A stretch of 30,333 nt of DNA from a virus. Its lineage: Duplodnaviria > Caudoviricetes. A model generated the notes under the pieces. That model was given only the letters and a program-made list of their open reading frames with translations. It ran no database searches and was not told the DNA's origin. The translations under genes and the position numbers were made by a program. Location of the stretch: positions 1 to 30,333 of IMG/VR virus record IMGVR_UViG_3300027892_001695. One strand, 5' to 3'. This document shows positions 1 through 11,617 of this stretch, piece by piece (within the stretch, counting starts at the first letter, position 1; each line of letters begins with the position of its first letter).

Positions 1-316
1 CATTGTGGAAGAACGCTTTAATCAACTTCAAGAAATTGAAGGTATCCTTGAGTACTTAAACATTGAACTTCGTAGACTTCGTAGTCAACACTTTCGCAAG
101 TATCTTGAAAACTATCAACGAGCTTTATCTTCAAGGGACTGTGAAAAGTTCGTTGAAGGTGAAGCTGACGTTGTAGATTTTGAAAAGATTATCAACGACT
201 TTGCTCTATTACGTAACAAGTGGTTGGGTATTATTAAAGCACTCGATCAGAAACAATGGCATTTAAGCAATATTGTTAAACTACGAGTGTCTGGATTAGA
301 AGACGCATCGCTATGA
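1..316 (+). CDS. uvsY: UvsY-like recombination mediator, 5'-truncated by the window edge
   Basis: Helical protein with YLENYQRALSSRDCEKFVEGE and C-terminal KALDQKQWHLSNIVKLRVSGLED, as in T4-like UvsY proteins. The frame is open to the window edge, so the GTG at 5 is probably internal. Confidence 0.75.
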   Translation, partial: IVEERFNQLQEIEGILEYLNIELRRLRSQHFRKYLENYQRALSSRDCEKFVEGEADVVDFEKIINDFALLRNKWLGIIKALDQKQWHLSNIVKLRVSGLEDASL

Positions 317-1278
317 ACATCTTAGTAACAGGTGGATTAGGGCTTATTGGTCATAACGTAGTTCGACGACTGCAGACACAGGGCCACACAGTAAGTATCA
401 TTGATACAAAAACCAATTACGACATTATTCCTCAGGAAGAAATCGATTATCTTATAGCACAACGTTCACAGGGATTAGACTTGACAAAATACTATTGTCT
501 TGACATTGTGAATAAATGGACCATGGAGTCATGCTTTAGTATCGATAAGCCCGAAATAGTCATACACATGGCCAGTTTCCCCCGACAGAAGGTAGTGAAT
601 GCTCACCCAGGCCGCGGCAGCCGAACCATGTCAGAAGGCTTGTTGAATCTCCTGGACCACAGCAACATGTATGAAGTTCGAAAATTTATCTATATTTCAA
701 GTTCAATGGTCTACGGTGATTTCAAAGATGATGTCACAGAAGATGCAGAGTGCAGCCCGCAAGGACAATATGGTATTCTTAAACTAGCAGGGGAATGGTT
801 GGTCAAAGATTATGCTCGTCGTACTAATCTTGCTTATACTATCATACGACCCAGTGCAGTCTACGGTCCCCTTGATGTAGAAGACCGTGTGATAAGCAAG
901 TTTATTCTCAATGCCATGCGAGGCATTCCACTCAAAGTCAACGGTGCCAGCGAAACACTAGATTTTACCTATGTAGACGATGCTGCCGACGGAATTGTTG
1001 CTGCCGCTCTTTCTGATCGCACAGACAACAAGACCTATAACATTACCAAAAGCCACAGCCACAGCCTATTAGATGCTGCCAATCTAGCAGTCAAGGTTGC
1101 AGGTAAGGGTGACATCATTGTAGGCAATCGTGATTTGGATTTTCCCAGCAGAGGTGCTCTAAACATTGATGCTGCTCGCAGAGATTTTGGATTTGATCCA
1201 AAAGTTGATGTAGCCGAGGGTTTTGAGATATATTATAACTGGATTAAAAATTCAGAATATTGGAAGAACAATCTATGA
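313..1278 (+). CDS. NAD-dependent NDP-sugar epimerase/dehydratase (extended SDR)
   Basis: N-terminal TGGLGLIG (GxxGxxG), SSSMVYG, catalytic YGILK (YxxxK), RPSAVYGP and DFTYVDD motifs. ATGA overlap with uvsY. Confidence 0.92.
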   Translation: MNILVTGGLGLIGHNVVRRLQTQGHTVSIIDTKTNYDIIPQEEIDYLIAQRSQGLDLTKYYCLDIVNKWTMESCFSIDKPEIVIHMASFPRQKVVNAHPGRGSRTMSEGLLNLLDHSNMYEVRKFIYISSSMVYGDFKDDVTEDAECSPQGQYGILKLAGEWLVKDYARRTNLAYTIIRPSAVYGPLDVEDRVISKFILNAMRGIPLKVNGASETLDFTYVDDAADGIVAAALSDRTDNKTYNITKSHSHSLLDAANLAVKVAGKGDIIVGNRDLDFPSRGALNIDAARRDFGFDPKVDVAEGFEIYYNWIKNSEYWKNNL

Positions 1279-2024
1279 AAGATACATTTGTAATTACTAC
1301 TTTTAGTAAAACCAATTACGAAGAATATGCTGAAAAAACTGTTGCATCTTGGAAAAAGAATTGGCCTAGTAATTGGAAATTAGTTACTGTTGATGCCGAA
1401 GTTGATATTGGTGAAGATATAAAACTAGATTGTCCTGAAAAACATGCATGGATAGATTTGGTCAACACAACAGGAATAAAAAACACTCCACCCAAAGGGC
1501 ATTTAAAACAATGGGAAAAGTTTTGTCATAAATCGTGGGCACAAATTACTGCGTTTGAAGAATTAAAATCCGGTTATGTTATTTGGCTAGATGCCGATGT
1601 TCAATTTTTAAGCATGCCGCCTGTTGATTTGGTAGAAAAAGAAATAGCTGGAATGTTCAGTGGATATTTAGGAAGAGATCAATATATTCATAAAAGCAAA
1701 GACGGTATGCATTCAGCTCCAGAAACTGGAATTATATTTTATGATTTAGACCATCAATATGCAAACACGCATTTTTCTAAATTAAAAGAAGTTTATTCAG
1801 ATCTCAATCTATTCGAATATCCTGCATGGAGCGACGAAGTAATTTATGGGTTACTTAGAGATTTAAATCCAGCAGTATATAAATCAATGACTCCGATACA
1901 TTCAAGATTTCCGCTACCTATTAGCCATTTATCAAAATATTTCGAACACTGGATGGGCACAGGTAAAATGTATTTTAAAGATGTTCAGGGACTAAAATAT
2001 AAAAATAAAACCAAAACTTCTTAA
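1275..2024 (+). CDS. Putative GT-A glycosyltransferase (WxDAD family, paralogue 1)
   Basis: VITTFS..Y..YA..WP N-terminus, FCHK, WLDAD (DxD), ETG and terminal HWMG. Start moved to ATG 1275, which forms an ATGA overlap with the epimerase stop. Confidence 0.7.
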   Translation: MKDTFVITTFSKTNYEEYAEKTVASWKKNWPSNWKLVTVDAEVDIGEDIKLDCPEKHAWIDLVNTTGIKNTPPKGHLKQWEKFCHKSWAQITAFEELKSGYVIWLDADVQFLSMPPVDLVEKEIAGMFSGYLGRDQYIHKSKDGMHSAPETGIIFYDLDHQYANTHFSKLKEVYSDLNLFEYPAWSDEVIYGLLRDLNPAVYKSMTPIHSRFPLPISHLSKYFEHWMGTGKMYFKDVQGLKYKNKTKTS

Positions 2025-2662
2025 TTTTTAAATATATAGATTATTTGATATTCGTCAAATATTGGATATATTTTTTTATTTTGCAGGTACTGATATATTG
2101 CACGTCCTTTACCAGTTCTAGTTCCGTTAAGTAAAAAAGAATTGTCATCAATTGCAACAACACAATTTTTAAGATAAGGTTCGATTGCTAAAAACTCTTG
2201 TAAATGATGATTGGCGCTTGGTTTATCGTTTTGCCAATCAACATCGTAGCTATCTAAATAAAAAAGATCAACATTTTCCAAGTCACGTAACGATTTAAGC
2301 CAGTCCACGCTGTCACTACAAACAGATTTATAGTATCGATTATCTATAAACTGATTAGCAATATTGACTGCTTGTTGGGATATATCTACAGATCTTACAA
2401 ACCCGTCGTGTTGTTTGACTAGCTCAGAAAATAAAAATCCGCTGTTGCCATCTCTCCAATTTCCTGGATCTCTAACAGTTCCTGTTTCAATAATTTGAAA
2501 TTCTTTTTCTTTTATTTTAAAAAGTTCTTCAAAAATAATTGAAAACCCTTTACTTCGATCGTAAGGGTTTACTTTTAATCCTCGTTTTGGTCCGTTAATC
2601 TTTAAAGAAAGTTTTTCTTTGTATAATAAATTATAATTGTCTATCCAATTGGTCACATTCAT
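2021..2662 (-). CDS. Class I SAM-dependent methyltransferase-like protein
   Basis: IIETGT motif I, SVDIS acidic strand end, DSVDWL and DLFYLDS...H, VAIDD, matching small-molecule/sugar O-methyltransferases. Confidence 0.75.
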   Translation of the reverse strand: MNVTNWIDNYNLLYKEKLSLKINGPKRGLKVNPYDRSKGFSIIFEELFKIKEKEFQIIETGTVRDPGNWRDGNSGFLFSELVKQHDGFVRSVDISQQAVNIANQFIDNRYYKSVCSDSVDWLKSLRDLENVDLFYLDSYDVDWQNDKPSANHHLQEFLAIEPYLKNCVVAIDDNSFLLNGTRTGKGRAIYQYLQNKKIYPIFDEYQIIYIFKN

Positions 2663-2665
2663 TCC

Positions 2666-3130
2666 TTAATTATTAAAATCAATACGTTTCTTAGATTTTG
2701 CAGGAGATCCAGCGTACAGATATCCGCCTTCGTATACTCCCGGCAAAAGTACAGATCCGGCTCCTATTACAGCATAATCACCGATAGTGCATGGTCCCAT
2801 TATAACCGAATGGCTGGATATCCATACACCTTTACCGATAACTATATCACCGCCTTCTTTAGGATGTTGTTTTCTAATTTGGTCTTTTTGAGTAATATCG
2901 TGGGTTCCAGTTAGTACCGATACATGATTTCCAAAAAAAGTATGATCGCCTATAACTACGGTTCCTGAAGAGAGGTTAAAAAAAGTATTAACTAACTCGA
3001 CACTTGCCCCACAGCGTAATCGCTTTGTTGATCCCCAAAAGGATGGAGTTCTTAATAGTCGTTGACTAATTAAGGGAGTTAATAACTCGGCTAGTTTGTT
3101 CAAATCGTCATTTGAGAAATTATTTTGCAT
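2666..3130 (-). CDS. Hexapeptide-repeat (left-handed beta-helix) O-acyltransferase
   Basis: VVIGDHTFFG, TGTHD, IVIGKGVWI, CTIGDYAVIGAGSV and terminal AGSPAK, typical of maltose/galactoside acetyltransferase-like enzymes. Confidence 0.88.
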   Translation of the reverse strand: MQNNFSNDDLNKLAELLTPLISQRLLRTPSFWGSTKRLRCGASVELVNTFFNLSSGTVVIGDHTFFGNHVSVLTGTHDITQKDQIRKQHPKEGGDIVIGKGVWISSHSVIMGPCTIGDYAVIGAGSVLLPGVYEGGYLYAGSPAKSKKRIDFNN

Positions 3131-3142
3131 ACTAGTCCGGGA

Positions 3143-3760
3143 TTATTCCTTGTACCAAAGAAAGTCGACACCGTGTGTTAGTATACACGTATACCCCAAT
3201 TCTGACATATAATTATGATATGTATTATCGCCTCGTTGATAAGCATTATCTTCAAGACAAATATAAGAAATCCTCTGCTCCGTCCAGTCGATACATTTTA
3301 ATATAGGAAGCTCGGCTCCTTCTACATCGATCTGTAAATAATCAATGTGTAACGGAAGTTCTAAACTATTCCAAGATTTGCAGGAAAGTTTAATCACGTT
3401 GACCTGGGACGATGTATAGGTATCTACGGTCGATGAGCTACTTTCTAATAGTTTTCGATGTAACTCGTCGTATGATTCAACAATTCCGTTCCACTCTGGT
3501 TTGTCTGGAAAAAGAGCATAATCAACTTCTCCGTCATGGTCGTATACAGCAACATTTATACAACGACATTTTCTATTTTGAATTAGTTGTTCGTAACTTG
3601 GAGGAGACGCTTCGATGCAAACTCCGTCCCAACCTGCATTTTCTAAAATAATAGTGCTATTTTTCTTTCGACCATCCCATGCACCGATCTCTACATAAAA
3701 TCCAGGGTTTTCTTTCCAAATGGTATCGAAAAATATACGACTGAGTCTAGGTTCTTTCAT
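3143..3760 (-). CDS. FkbM-family methyltransferase
   Basis: GFYVEIGAWDG, GWDGVCIEA and IDYLQIDVEGAEL motifs; AAGGAAGG Shine-Dalgarno upstream. Confidence 0.88.
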   Translation of the reverse strand: MKEPRLSRIFFDTIWKENPGFYVEIGAWDGRKKNSTIILENAGWDGVCIEASPPSYEQLIQNRKCRCINVAVYDHDGEVDYALFPDKPEWNGIVESYDELHRKLLESSSSTVDTYTSSQVNVIKLSCKSWNSLELPLHIDYLQIDVEGAELPILKCIDWTEQRISYICLEDNAYQRGDNTYHNYMSELGYTCILTHGVDFLWYKE

Positions 3761-3778
3761 TGTGCCTTCCTTATAAAA

Positions 3779-3809
3779 TATTTATCACTATAATATACCC
3801 AGATAAATA
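3779..3809. promoter_or_regulatory. Back-to-back T4-late-like promoters (GATAAATA on each strand)
   Basis: Minus-strand ATAAATA at 3779-3785 upstream of the FkbM gene; plus-strand ATAAATA at 3803-3809, 5 nt before ATG 3815. Resembles the T4 late promoter TATAAATA. Confidence 0.6.
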
Positions 3810-3814
3810 TCTGC

Positions 3815-4576
3815 ATGAAAACAATTGTAATTGCAACAGGTGGATTTGACCCCATTCATTCAGGTCATATTAATTACGTTAAAGAGGCTAAAAAACTAGG
3901 CGATGTTTTGATCGTGGGAGCAAACTCCGATACCTGGTTACGCCGTAAAAAGGGGCAAGAGTTTATGCCCTGGGACGAACGTGCTAGTATTCTAAGTGCT
4001 ATTAAAGATGTAGACCGTGTTATCAACTTTGACGACTCAGACGGTAGTGCAAAAGACGCTATTAGAAAAGTAAGATCAATATATCCCAACGATAAAATTG
4101 TATTTGCCAACGGCGGCGATAGAACAGATAAAAATATTCCAGAGATGGATTTAGCCGACAATAATATTGAGTTTGCATTTGGTGTCGGCGGCTTTAATAA
4201 AGCAAATTCAAGTTCTTGGATTTTACAAGAATGGAAAGCTCCTAAGACTCTACGCCAGTGGGGCTACTATCGTGTGCTACATGAAGTGGCTGGTATGAAA
4301 GTTAAAGAGCTTACTGTGGAACCTGGTAAAAGTCTGAGTATGCAACGCCATCAATTACGTGCAGAGTACTGGATGGTTAGTGAAGGTGAGTGTGTAGTTA
4401 ACTCTATGATGCCGAACGGGTATGCATTGCCATCAAAGCATTTAACTAAACATCAAGAATTTAAAATTCCTGTCACCGAATGGCACCAATTAACTAATCC
4501 ATTTAAAGTTCCGTGCAAGATTGTAGAAATACAATACGGTGAACAATGCGTTGAAGAGGACATTGAACGAAAATGA
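3815..4576 (+). CDS. Cytidylyltransferase-like (HIGH) domain fused to a type II mannose-6-phosphate-isomerase-like cupin
   Basis: TGGFDPIHSGH (HxGH), NSD..RKKG and FANGGDR in the N-terminal half; WGYYRVL..KELTVEPGKSLSMQRH..RAEYW..G..WHQL.NP..IVEIQYG..EEDIER in the C-terminal half, as in the ManC C-terminal cupin. Confidence 0.85.
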   Translation: MKTIVIATGGFDPIHSGHINYVKEAKKLGDVLIVGANSDTWLRRKKGQEFMPWDERASILSAIKDVDRVINFDDSDGSAKDAIRKVRSIYPNDKIVFANGGDRTDKNIPEMDLADNNIEFAFGVGGFNKANSSSWILQEWKAPKTLRQWGYYRVLHEVAGMKVKELTVEPGKSLSMQRHQLRAEYWMVSEGECVVNSMMPNGYALPSKHLTKHQEFKIPVTEWHQLTNPFKVPCKIVEIQYGEQCVEEDIERK

Positions 4577-5385
4577 AATTAAACGATTGGATCTTCCTTA
4601 GTAAGGAAGGCAAAGATGAGTATATTAATATGTTTGCTATTGGAAGTGGCGGACGTGTTGTTTCTTCGGACGAGTTTAACTATGAAGATACTCCTGACCA
4701 CCCGATAGTAATGCGTGGTATTTTAAAACATAAAATTATGAAACGCTGCTGGTTAGGTGGCAGAGATTTTTATTATATGGATACCGGATATCTAGGAAAT
4801 CAAAAAAGTCCGTTAAACCCCATGGGCTGGAAACACTGGCACCGCGTGGTGAAAAATGATTTGCAACACGGCAACATAGTTCCAAGACCGGGTGATAGAT
4901 TTGAAAGATTACATATTCCAATAAGCAAGTGGAAGAAAGACGGAAGCAAAATTCTAATTGCTAAACCAGATGAAAAACCTTGTATTTTTTACGGAATCAA
5001 TCTTGACGAGTGGGTCAGCGAAACTATTGAGACAATAAAAAAATATACCGATCGACCTATTGAAGTTAGAGAACGGGCTAAAGAAAGAATTGCACGGGTA
5101 GAACATAATACACTAAAAGATGCACTTGATAGAGATGTATTTGCATTAGTCACATTCAACAGTGTTGCAGCAACAGAAGCTGTTCTGCATGGCATTCCCT
5201 CATTTACACTGGCACCATCAAACGCTGCCAGTCCAGTATGCTTACAAGATTTAAGTAAAATAGAAACACCTTATTATCCTGACAAAGATAAAGTGTATGC
5301 ATGGGCTTCCCATCTTGCCTATGGTCAATATCATATCGACGAATTAAAAAATGGTGACGCTTGGAGATTATTAAATGGATTATGA
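4573..5385 (+). CDS. Putative GT-B / capsule-synthesis-like glycosyltransferase (paralogue 1)
   Basis: YMDTGY, and C-terminal LVTFNSVAATEAVLHGIP...W..HLAYGQY...E...G shared with the 6826 and 10747 ORFs. Confidence 0.55.
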   Translation: MKLNDWIFLSKEGKDEYINMFAIGSGGRVVSSDEFNYEDTPDHPIVMRGILKHKIMKRCWLGGRDFYYMDTGYLGNQKSPLNPMGWKHWHRVVKNDLQHGNIVPRPGDRFERLHIPISKWKKDGSKILIAKPDEKPCIFYGINLDEWVSETIETIKKYTDRPIEVRERAKERIARVEHNTLKDALDRDVFALVTFNSVAATEAVLHGIPSFTLAPSNAASPVCLQDLSKIETPYYPDKDKVYAWASHLAYGQYHIDELKNGDAWRLLNGL

Positions 5386-6829
5386 TATGTTACCAATTTT
5401 TATTGGTTATGACAGCCGAGAGGATATTGCTTATCGAGTATGTGAATATTCTATATACAAACACACACCCGAAGCTGAAGTTAAACCCTTGAAACAAGAT
5501 GTACTACGTAAAGAAGGGCACTATACTAGAGCCAAAGATGAATTAAGTTCTACAGAATTTACCTTTACTAGATTCATGGTTCCATACTTGATGGAGTACA
5601 AAGGGTGGGCATTATTTTGTGATTGTGATTTTGTTTGGACTGAAGATATTAAACAGTTGTTTCAAAAAACAGATCCTAAATATGCAGTAATGGTAGTAAA
5701 GCACAATCATACGCCAAGTAGTACTACTAAGATGGACGGAGCTCAACAAACGCAGTATCCTAGAAAAAATTGGTCAAGTATGGTGCTATGGAATTGTGCG
5801 CACCCGCAAAATCAAACTCTAACACTTGATAAAGTTAACTCGGCCTCCGGTCAGTTCTTACATAGATTTGAATGGCTCAATGACGATGAAATTGGCGAAT
5901 TAGATATACGATATAATTTTTTAGTTGGGTGGAATAAAGAAAGTGCGGTCGGTAAACCAGTTGCGTATCATTGGACTGAAGGCGGCCCATGGTTTCCTGC
6001 CTACAAAGATTGTGAATATAAAGATGTCTGGTATCAATACCTAATAGATTATACACAAGAATTAGCATTAAACAATACACAAACCCATACCGCAATAACT
6101 TGGGTCACTTCTTTATCTAGATCTTACTATGAAGAAATTGCCAATCTAACAATGCCGTCGTGGGGAGACCTACCGGGCGATCTTGTTATTGTATGGGACG
6201 ATAAACCTGTCGATTTAGGATTTGGAAAAGTATTTAATTTTTGGAAGGATGTAGTGACTCCGGAAGATCCGTGGATTAAAGAAGGCATGGGTGGCACAAA
6301 AGCAGATCGTTTCTGGAAAAAGAGTCGGGTTCAAATATGGGCTGCAAGAAAATATAGAGGTTTAGTAGTTTGGATTGATGCTGACATTATGCTAACCAAA
6401 CGACTAACAAAATCAGAAGCTATTGAAAAATTGCATCCTAGACAGGATCTGTGGGGAACTTTAAACTGTGGCGATGACTTTCATGGAAAAGATTTTATCG
6501 ATACCGGTATTGTAGCATTTAATACAAGACATGAACATTTTGAAGAATTTATTAGAGATTATTCGTTGATGTGGTACGATGGTAGGATTTACAACTTGCC
6601 ACAGCCGTATGATCATTATGCTGTTACCGAGCTACGAAATAAATGGAAAATGAAAACATATGTCCCTCATTTTAGTACATGGACTACAACGCATTCTGAT
6701 ATTATAAATCGATATGCCATGGAAAATAGCTATCTCAAAGATAATTTTAAACATTATCTTGGAATTGATAATAAAAATCTCTTAAACGATTCTGCCGGTC
6801 GGCCAGTTAAAGAAAAGAAGAAAAAATGA
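5375..6829 (+). CDS. Two-domain glycosyltransferase: GT8/CDI-like N-terminal domain plus WxDAD-family C-terminal domain
   Basis: N-half: IFIGYDSRE, STEFTFTRF, ALFCDCDF, YPRKNWSS, HWTEGGPW. C-half: WVTSLS..YY, RFWKK, WIDAD, DTG, HYLG. Confidence 0.75.
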   Translation: MDYDMLPIFIGYDSREDIAYRVCEYSIYKHTPEAEVKPLKQDVLRKEGHYTRAKDELSSTEFTFTRFMVPYLMEYKGWALFCDCDFVWTEDIKQLFQKTDPKYAVMVVKHNHTPSSTTKMDGAQQTQYPRKNWSSMVLWNCAHPQNQTLTLDKVNSASGQFLHRFEWLNDDEIGELDIRYNFLVGWNKESAVGKPVAYHWTEGGPWFPAYKDCEYKDVWYQYLIDYTQELALNNTQTHTAITWVTSLSRSYYEEIANLTMPSWGDLPGDLVIVWDDKPVDLGFGKVFNFWKDVVTPEDPWIKEGMGGTKADRFWKKSRVQIWAARKYRGLVVWIDADIMLTKRLTKSEAIEKLHPRQDLWGTLNCGDDFHGKDFIDTGIVAFNTRHEHFEEFIRDYSLMWYDGRIYNLPQPYDHYAVTELRNKWKMKTYVPHFSTWTTTHSDIINRYAMENSYLKDNFKHYLGIDNKNLLNDSAGRPVKEKKKK

Positions 6830-7761
6830 AAATAGTTGCCTATCTAAGTTGTTTGCCTCCAAACAATAAAAATTCAGAGAAGGGAGAAATACTTTCTCGG
6901 TTTGCAACCGGAGTAGCAACTTCTGAAGATGAGGTAGTAATACATAACCAAATGACGTTAATAGAATGTGACGTTGCTGTCATGGTAGGCTGGGTGCATG
7001 AAAATTCAAAAAATACACCGCATTTGACATTTAGAAAAAATATTATAGACACACAACATGTTACAGGAAAGCGTATTTTACTAGCAGATAGTAATTTATT
7101 TTTGTATAAAAATACAACAAATCCCGGACACTATTTGCGTTACAGTTTTGATGGAGTCTTTCCAAACACCGGCAATTATTGTGACAAAGATATTGACCCC
7201 AGTCGCTGGACAAAACTTTCTCATAATTTAAATGTTCCTTTAAAAGAATACAGAAATACCGGCGGCCATATTTTATTATGTTTACAGCGTAATGGTGGAT
7301 GGAGTATGGGGTCATATGATGTTGTGGACTGGACTGCAAAAATTGTCCGCGAATTAAAATTACATACTGACAGAGAAATTGTTATTCGTGCTCATCCTGG
7401 AGACAGGGGATCACGAGATTATCTAAGCCCTAACAACCTAATGAAAAAAATTGGATTGTTAAAAGGAGTTCGATTATCTAAACCAGAAACATCATTAGTT
7501 GATGATTTAAAAAACTGTTGGGCTGTGGTAAATCATAATTCAAGCCCAGGTGTTGGTGCTGCTATTGAAGGGTATCCTGTATTTGTTACAGATCCTGAAA
7601 GAAGTCAATGCGCAGAAATTGCAAATTTAGATCTTGCACAAATAGAAAATCCCAATCTTCCAGATAGACAAAAATGGGCCGAACGGTTAGCAATGTTCCA
7701 TTGGAACTTTGAAGAAATAACAAATGGAGATGCCTGGCGGCATATGAGGAAGTACGTATGA
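6826..7761 (+). CDS. Putative GT-B / capsule-synthesis-like glycosyltransferase (paralogue 2)
   Basis: ILLCLQ, IRAHPGD, VVNHNSSPGVGAAIEGYP and R..W..RLAMFHW..EEI..G motifs. Confidence 0.55.
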   Translation: MKIVAYLSCLPPNNKNSEKGEILSRFATGVATSEDEVVIHNQMTLIECDVAVMVGWVHENSKNTPHLTFRKNIIDTQHVTGKRILLADSNLFLYKNTTNPGHYLRYSFDGVFPNTGNYCDKDIDPSRWTKLSHNLNVPLKEYRNTGGHILLCLQRNGGWSMGSYDVVDWTAKIVRELKLHTDREIVIRAHPGDRGSRDYLSPNNLMKKIGLLKGVRLSKPETSLVDDLKNCWAVVNHNSSPGVGAAIEGYPVFVTDPERSQCAEIANLDLAQIENPNLPDRQKWAERLAMFHWNFEEITNGDAWRHMRKYV

Positions 7762-8472
7762 AAATTGAAATCATTACAAGTTTTAATGAACGATATTATA
7801 ATGGCATTGGTAAAGAATGTGTAGAAACATGGTTAAAATACTGGCCAACTAATTTAAAACTAACCTGTTACGTAGAAGAATTTCAATTGCCTGAACAAGA
7901 TAGAATAAAACAAATATCTTTTACAGAACTAGGCGTCGACTACGAAAATTTTCAAAAAGACCCAAAGTACAAAAATCGAGTAAAGATTTTTTCTAAAAAA
8001 GCATACAGTATAATTCATGCTTTTAAAAATTCAACTGCTGACAGAATTATTTGGATAGATGCTGATGTACTAACGTTAAAAGACGTACCAATTGAGATTA
8101 TAAAAAATTTATGTCCAACTGATACATTGTTGACATACATGAGAGTATGGCATCATCTAGACAAAGCAAATTTACAAAGTTCTTTAGTGCCTAGCGCCGA
8201 AAGTGGAGTTTTTGCAGTTAATACTGAACATCAAAGCTTTCATCAGTTTGCAGATAGATACGCAGAGTATTATAATAAAAGACTTGATAAGAATATTAGA
8301 AGATTTTACGACGGCGAAGTGTTAGGTGCAGTTGCAAAAGAATTTGAAACATCAAATAAAATTATAGATTTGTGCCAAGATTTCAAAAAACCCTATCGTA
8401 CTCCTATAGGCCACACAATATTAGCACCATACCTTCACCATTATAAAGCAAAAGCTGCTAAGTCAGATTTTT

Positions 8473-8486
<14 letters not shown>
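7758..8486 (+). CDS. Putative GT-A glycosyltransferase (WxDAD family)
   Basis: IITSFNERYY..G...W..YWP, FSKKA, WIDAD, ESG, FYDGEV and YLHHYK. Confidence 0.7.
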
Positions 8487-10301
<1,815 letters not shown>

Positions 10302-10306
10302 TTATC

Positions 10307-10708
10307 CTATTGTTTAAATTTCCATAATTGATGTCGCTTTGCTAAATCAACTAATTCGTAATGTGCTTGATCCACTATCCAGCGGGTAATTTTTTTATCA
10401 AGATGTTCGCCAGACCAAATCATGAGTGTTGGTTTGTGGTGTTGAAATATTGATCGAAATTCGGGCAAATGGCGCAGTCCAGCGGGTTCTACATATATTA
10501 GACCCGATTCAGGCATTAGACCAATGTCGCTTATTTGTTCTCGATAAACAATATTTTTTTTCTTAACTAAAGGCACGGTTACAGAAAATGCAAAAACCGT
10601 TCCAAACGCTGCCGACAACGGGATTAACATGTCGTCAGACGCTTCGACAGCAATAGCTGTTTGCGTAGACCTAGCAAATTTCTTAAGTTTTTTAGTAACG
10701 TCACTCAT
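10307..10708 (-). CDS. Hypothetical protein
   Basis: 133-aa ORF filling the gap directly upstream of gmd on the same strand; no motif recognised. Confidence 0.6.
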   Translation of the reverse strand: MSDVTKKLKKFARSTQTAIAVEASDDMLIPLSAAFGTVFAFSVTVPLVKKKNIVYREQISDIGLMPESGLIYVEPAGLRHLPEFRSIFQHHKPTLMIWSGEHLDKKITRWIVDQAHYELVDLAKRHQLWKFKQ

Positions 10709-10746
10709 GTTTTCAATTAAATACTGTGTTATTTATAATCCATAAA

Positions 10747-11580
10747 ATGCGACTAAAAATTTATCGACAATTCGGCGCTCTCAACAGCCAACCTGTATTT
10801 GATGCATTTTCTGCTGGAGTGCTTGCATTGGGTCACGAAATAGTCGATACTAACGAAGATGTTGCAGTTATATGGTCAGTCCTTTGGCAAGGGCGTATGT
10901 TAAAGAATCAAATTGTATATCGAAATTGTATAACTCAAAATGTTCCAATAATGATTATTGAAGTAGGAAATTTATTACGAGGAGTTACCTGGAGATTGAG
11001 CTTGGGAAATATCAACGGAAATGGTATTTTTGCCAATCAAGAAAATTTAGATAGAGATAGACCAGAAAAATTAAAAATTAAATTAAAACCCATCATTGAA
11101 AGTCGATCAAACGGTATTTTAATAGCTAGTCAGCATAAACATAGCCTGCAGTGGGAAGGAATGCCGACAATGGAAAAATGGATAGAAAAAACTGTTAAAA
11201 AAATTAGACAATATTCGGACAGAAAAATTATTGTAAGACCACATCCAAGATCTCCAATACAAATAACTTTGTTAGATGGAGTAGAAATAGAAACTCCAAA
11301 AAAATTGCCGGACAGCTATGACAATTTTGACATTGACTATAATTATCATTGTGTTATAAATCATAATAGTGGGCCTGCTGTTCAAGCAGCCATTCACGGT
11401 ACCCCAATAATTTGCGGTGAAAGTAGTCTGGCTCATTCAATTAGTGGAACTATAGAGAATTTAGAAAATATTTGTCTACCTCCACGAGAAGAGTGGTTTT
11501 TAAAATTAACTCATACAGAGTGGACTCTACAAGAATTGAGATTAGGCATCCCACAATCGCGACTAATTGCAACTATATAG
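10747..11580 (+). CDS. Putative GT-B / capsule-synthesis-like glycosyltransferase (paralogue 3)
   Basis: IIEVG, ILIASQ, VRPHP, VINHNSGPAVQAAIHGTP and REEW..L.HTEW..EL..G. ATG 10747 preferred to GTG 10726; TAAATA at 10718-10723 upstream. Confidence 0.55.
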   Translation: MRLKIYRQFGALNSQPVFDAFSAGVLALGHEIVDTNEDVAVIWSVLWQGRMLKNQIVYRNCITQNVPIMIIEVGNLLRGVTWRLSLGNINGNGIFANQENLDRDRPEKLKIKLKPIIESRSNGILIASQHKHSLQWEGMPTMEKWIEKTVKKIRQYSDRKIIVRPHPRSPIQITLLDGVEIETPKKLPDSYDNFDIDYNYHCVINHNSGPAVQAAIHGTPIICGESSLAHSISGTIENLENICLPPREEWFLKLTHTEWTLQELRLGIPQSRLIATI

Positions 11581-11583
11581 TTG

Positions 11584-11612
11584 TTGACATATAGAAGTTT
11601 ATGTGTTATTAT
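11584..11612 (+). promoter_or_regulatory. sigma70-type promoter with extended -10
   Basis: TTGACA (11584-11589), 17-nt spacer, TG at 11604-11605, TATTAT (11607-11612); ATG at 11618. Confidence 0.8.
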
Positions 11613-11617
11613 ATAGT

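Noticed and set aside
3412-7774. Short alternative-frame ORFs (3412+, 3874-, 4736-, 4989-, 5877-, 6840-, 7061-, 7586-)
   Set aside because: They lie antisense within well-supported genes and have no motifs or RBS; shadow ORFs.
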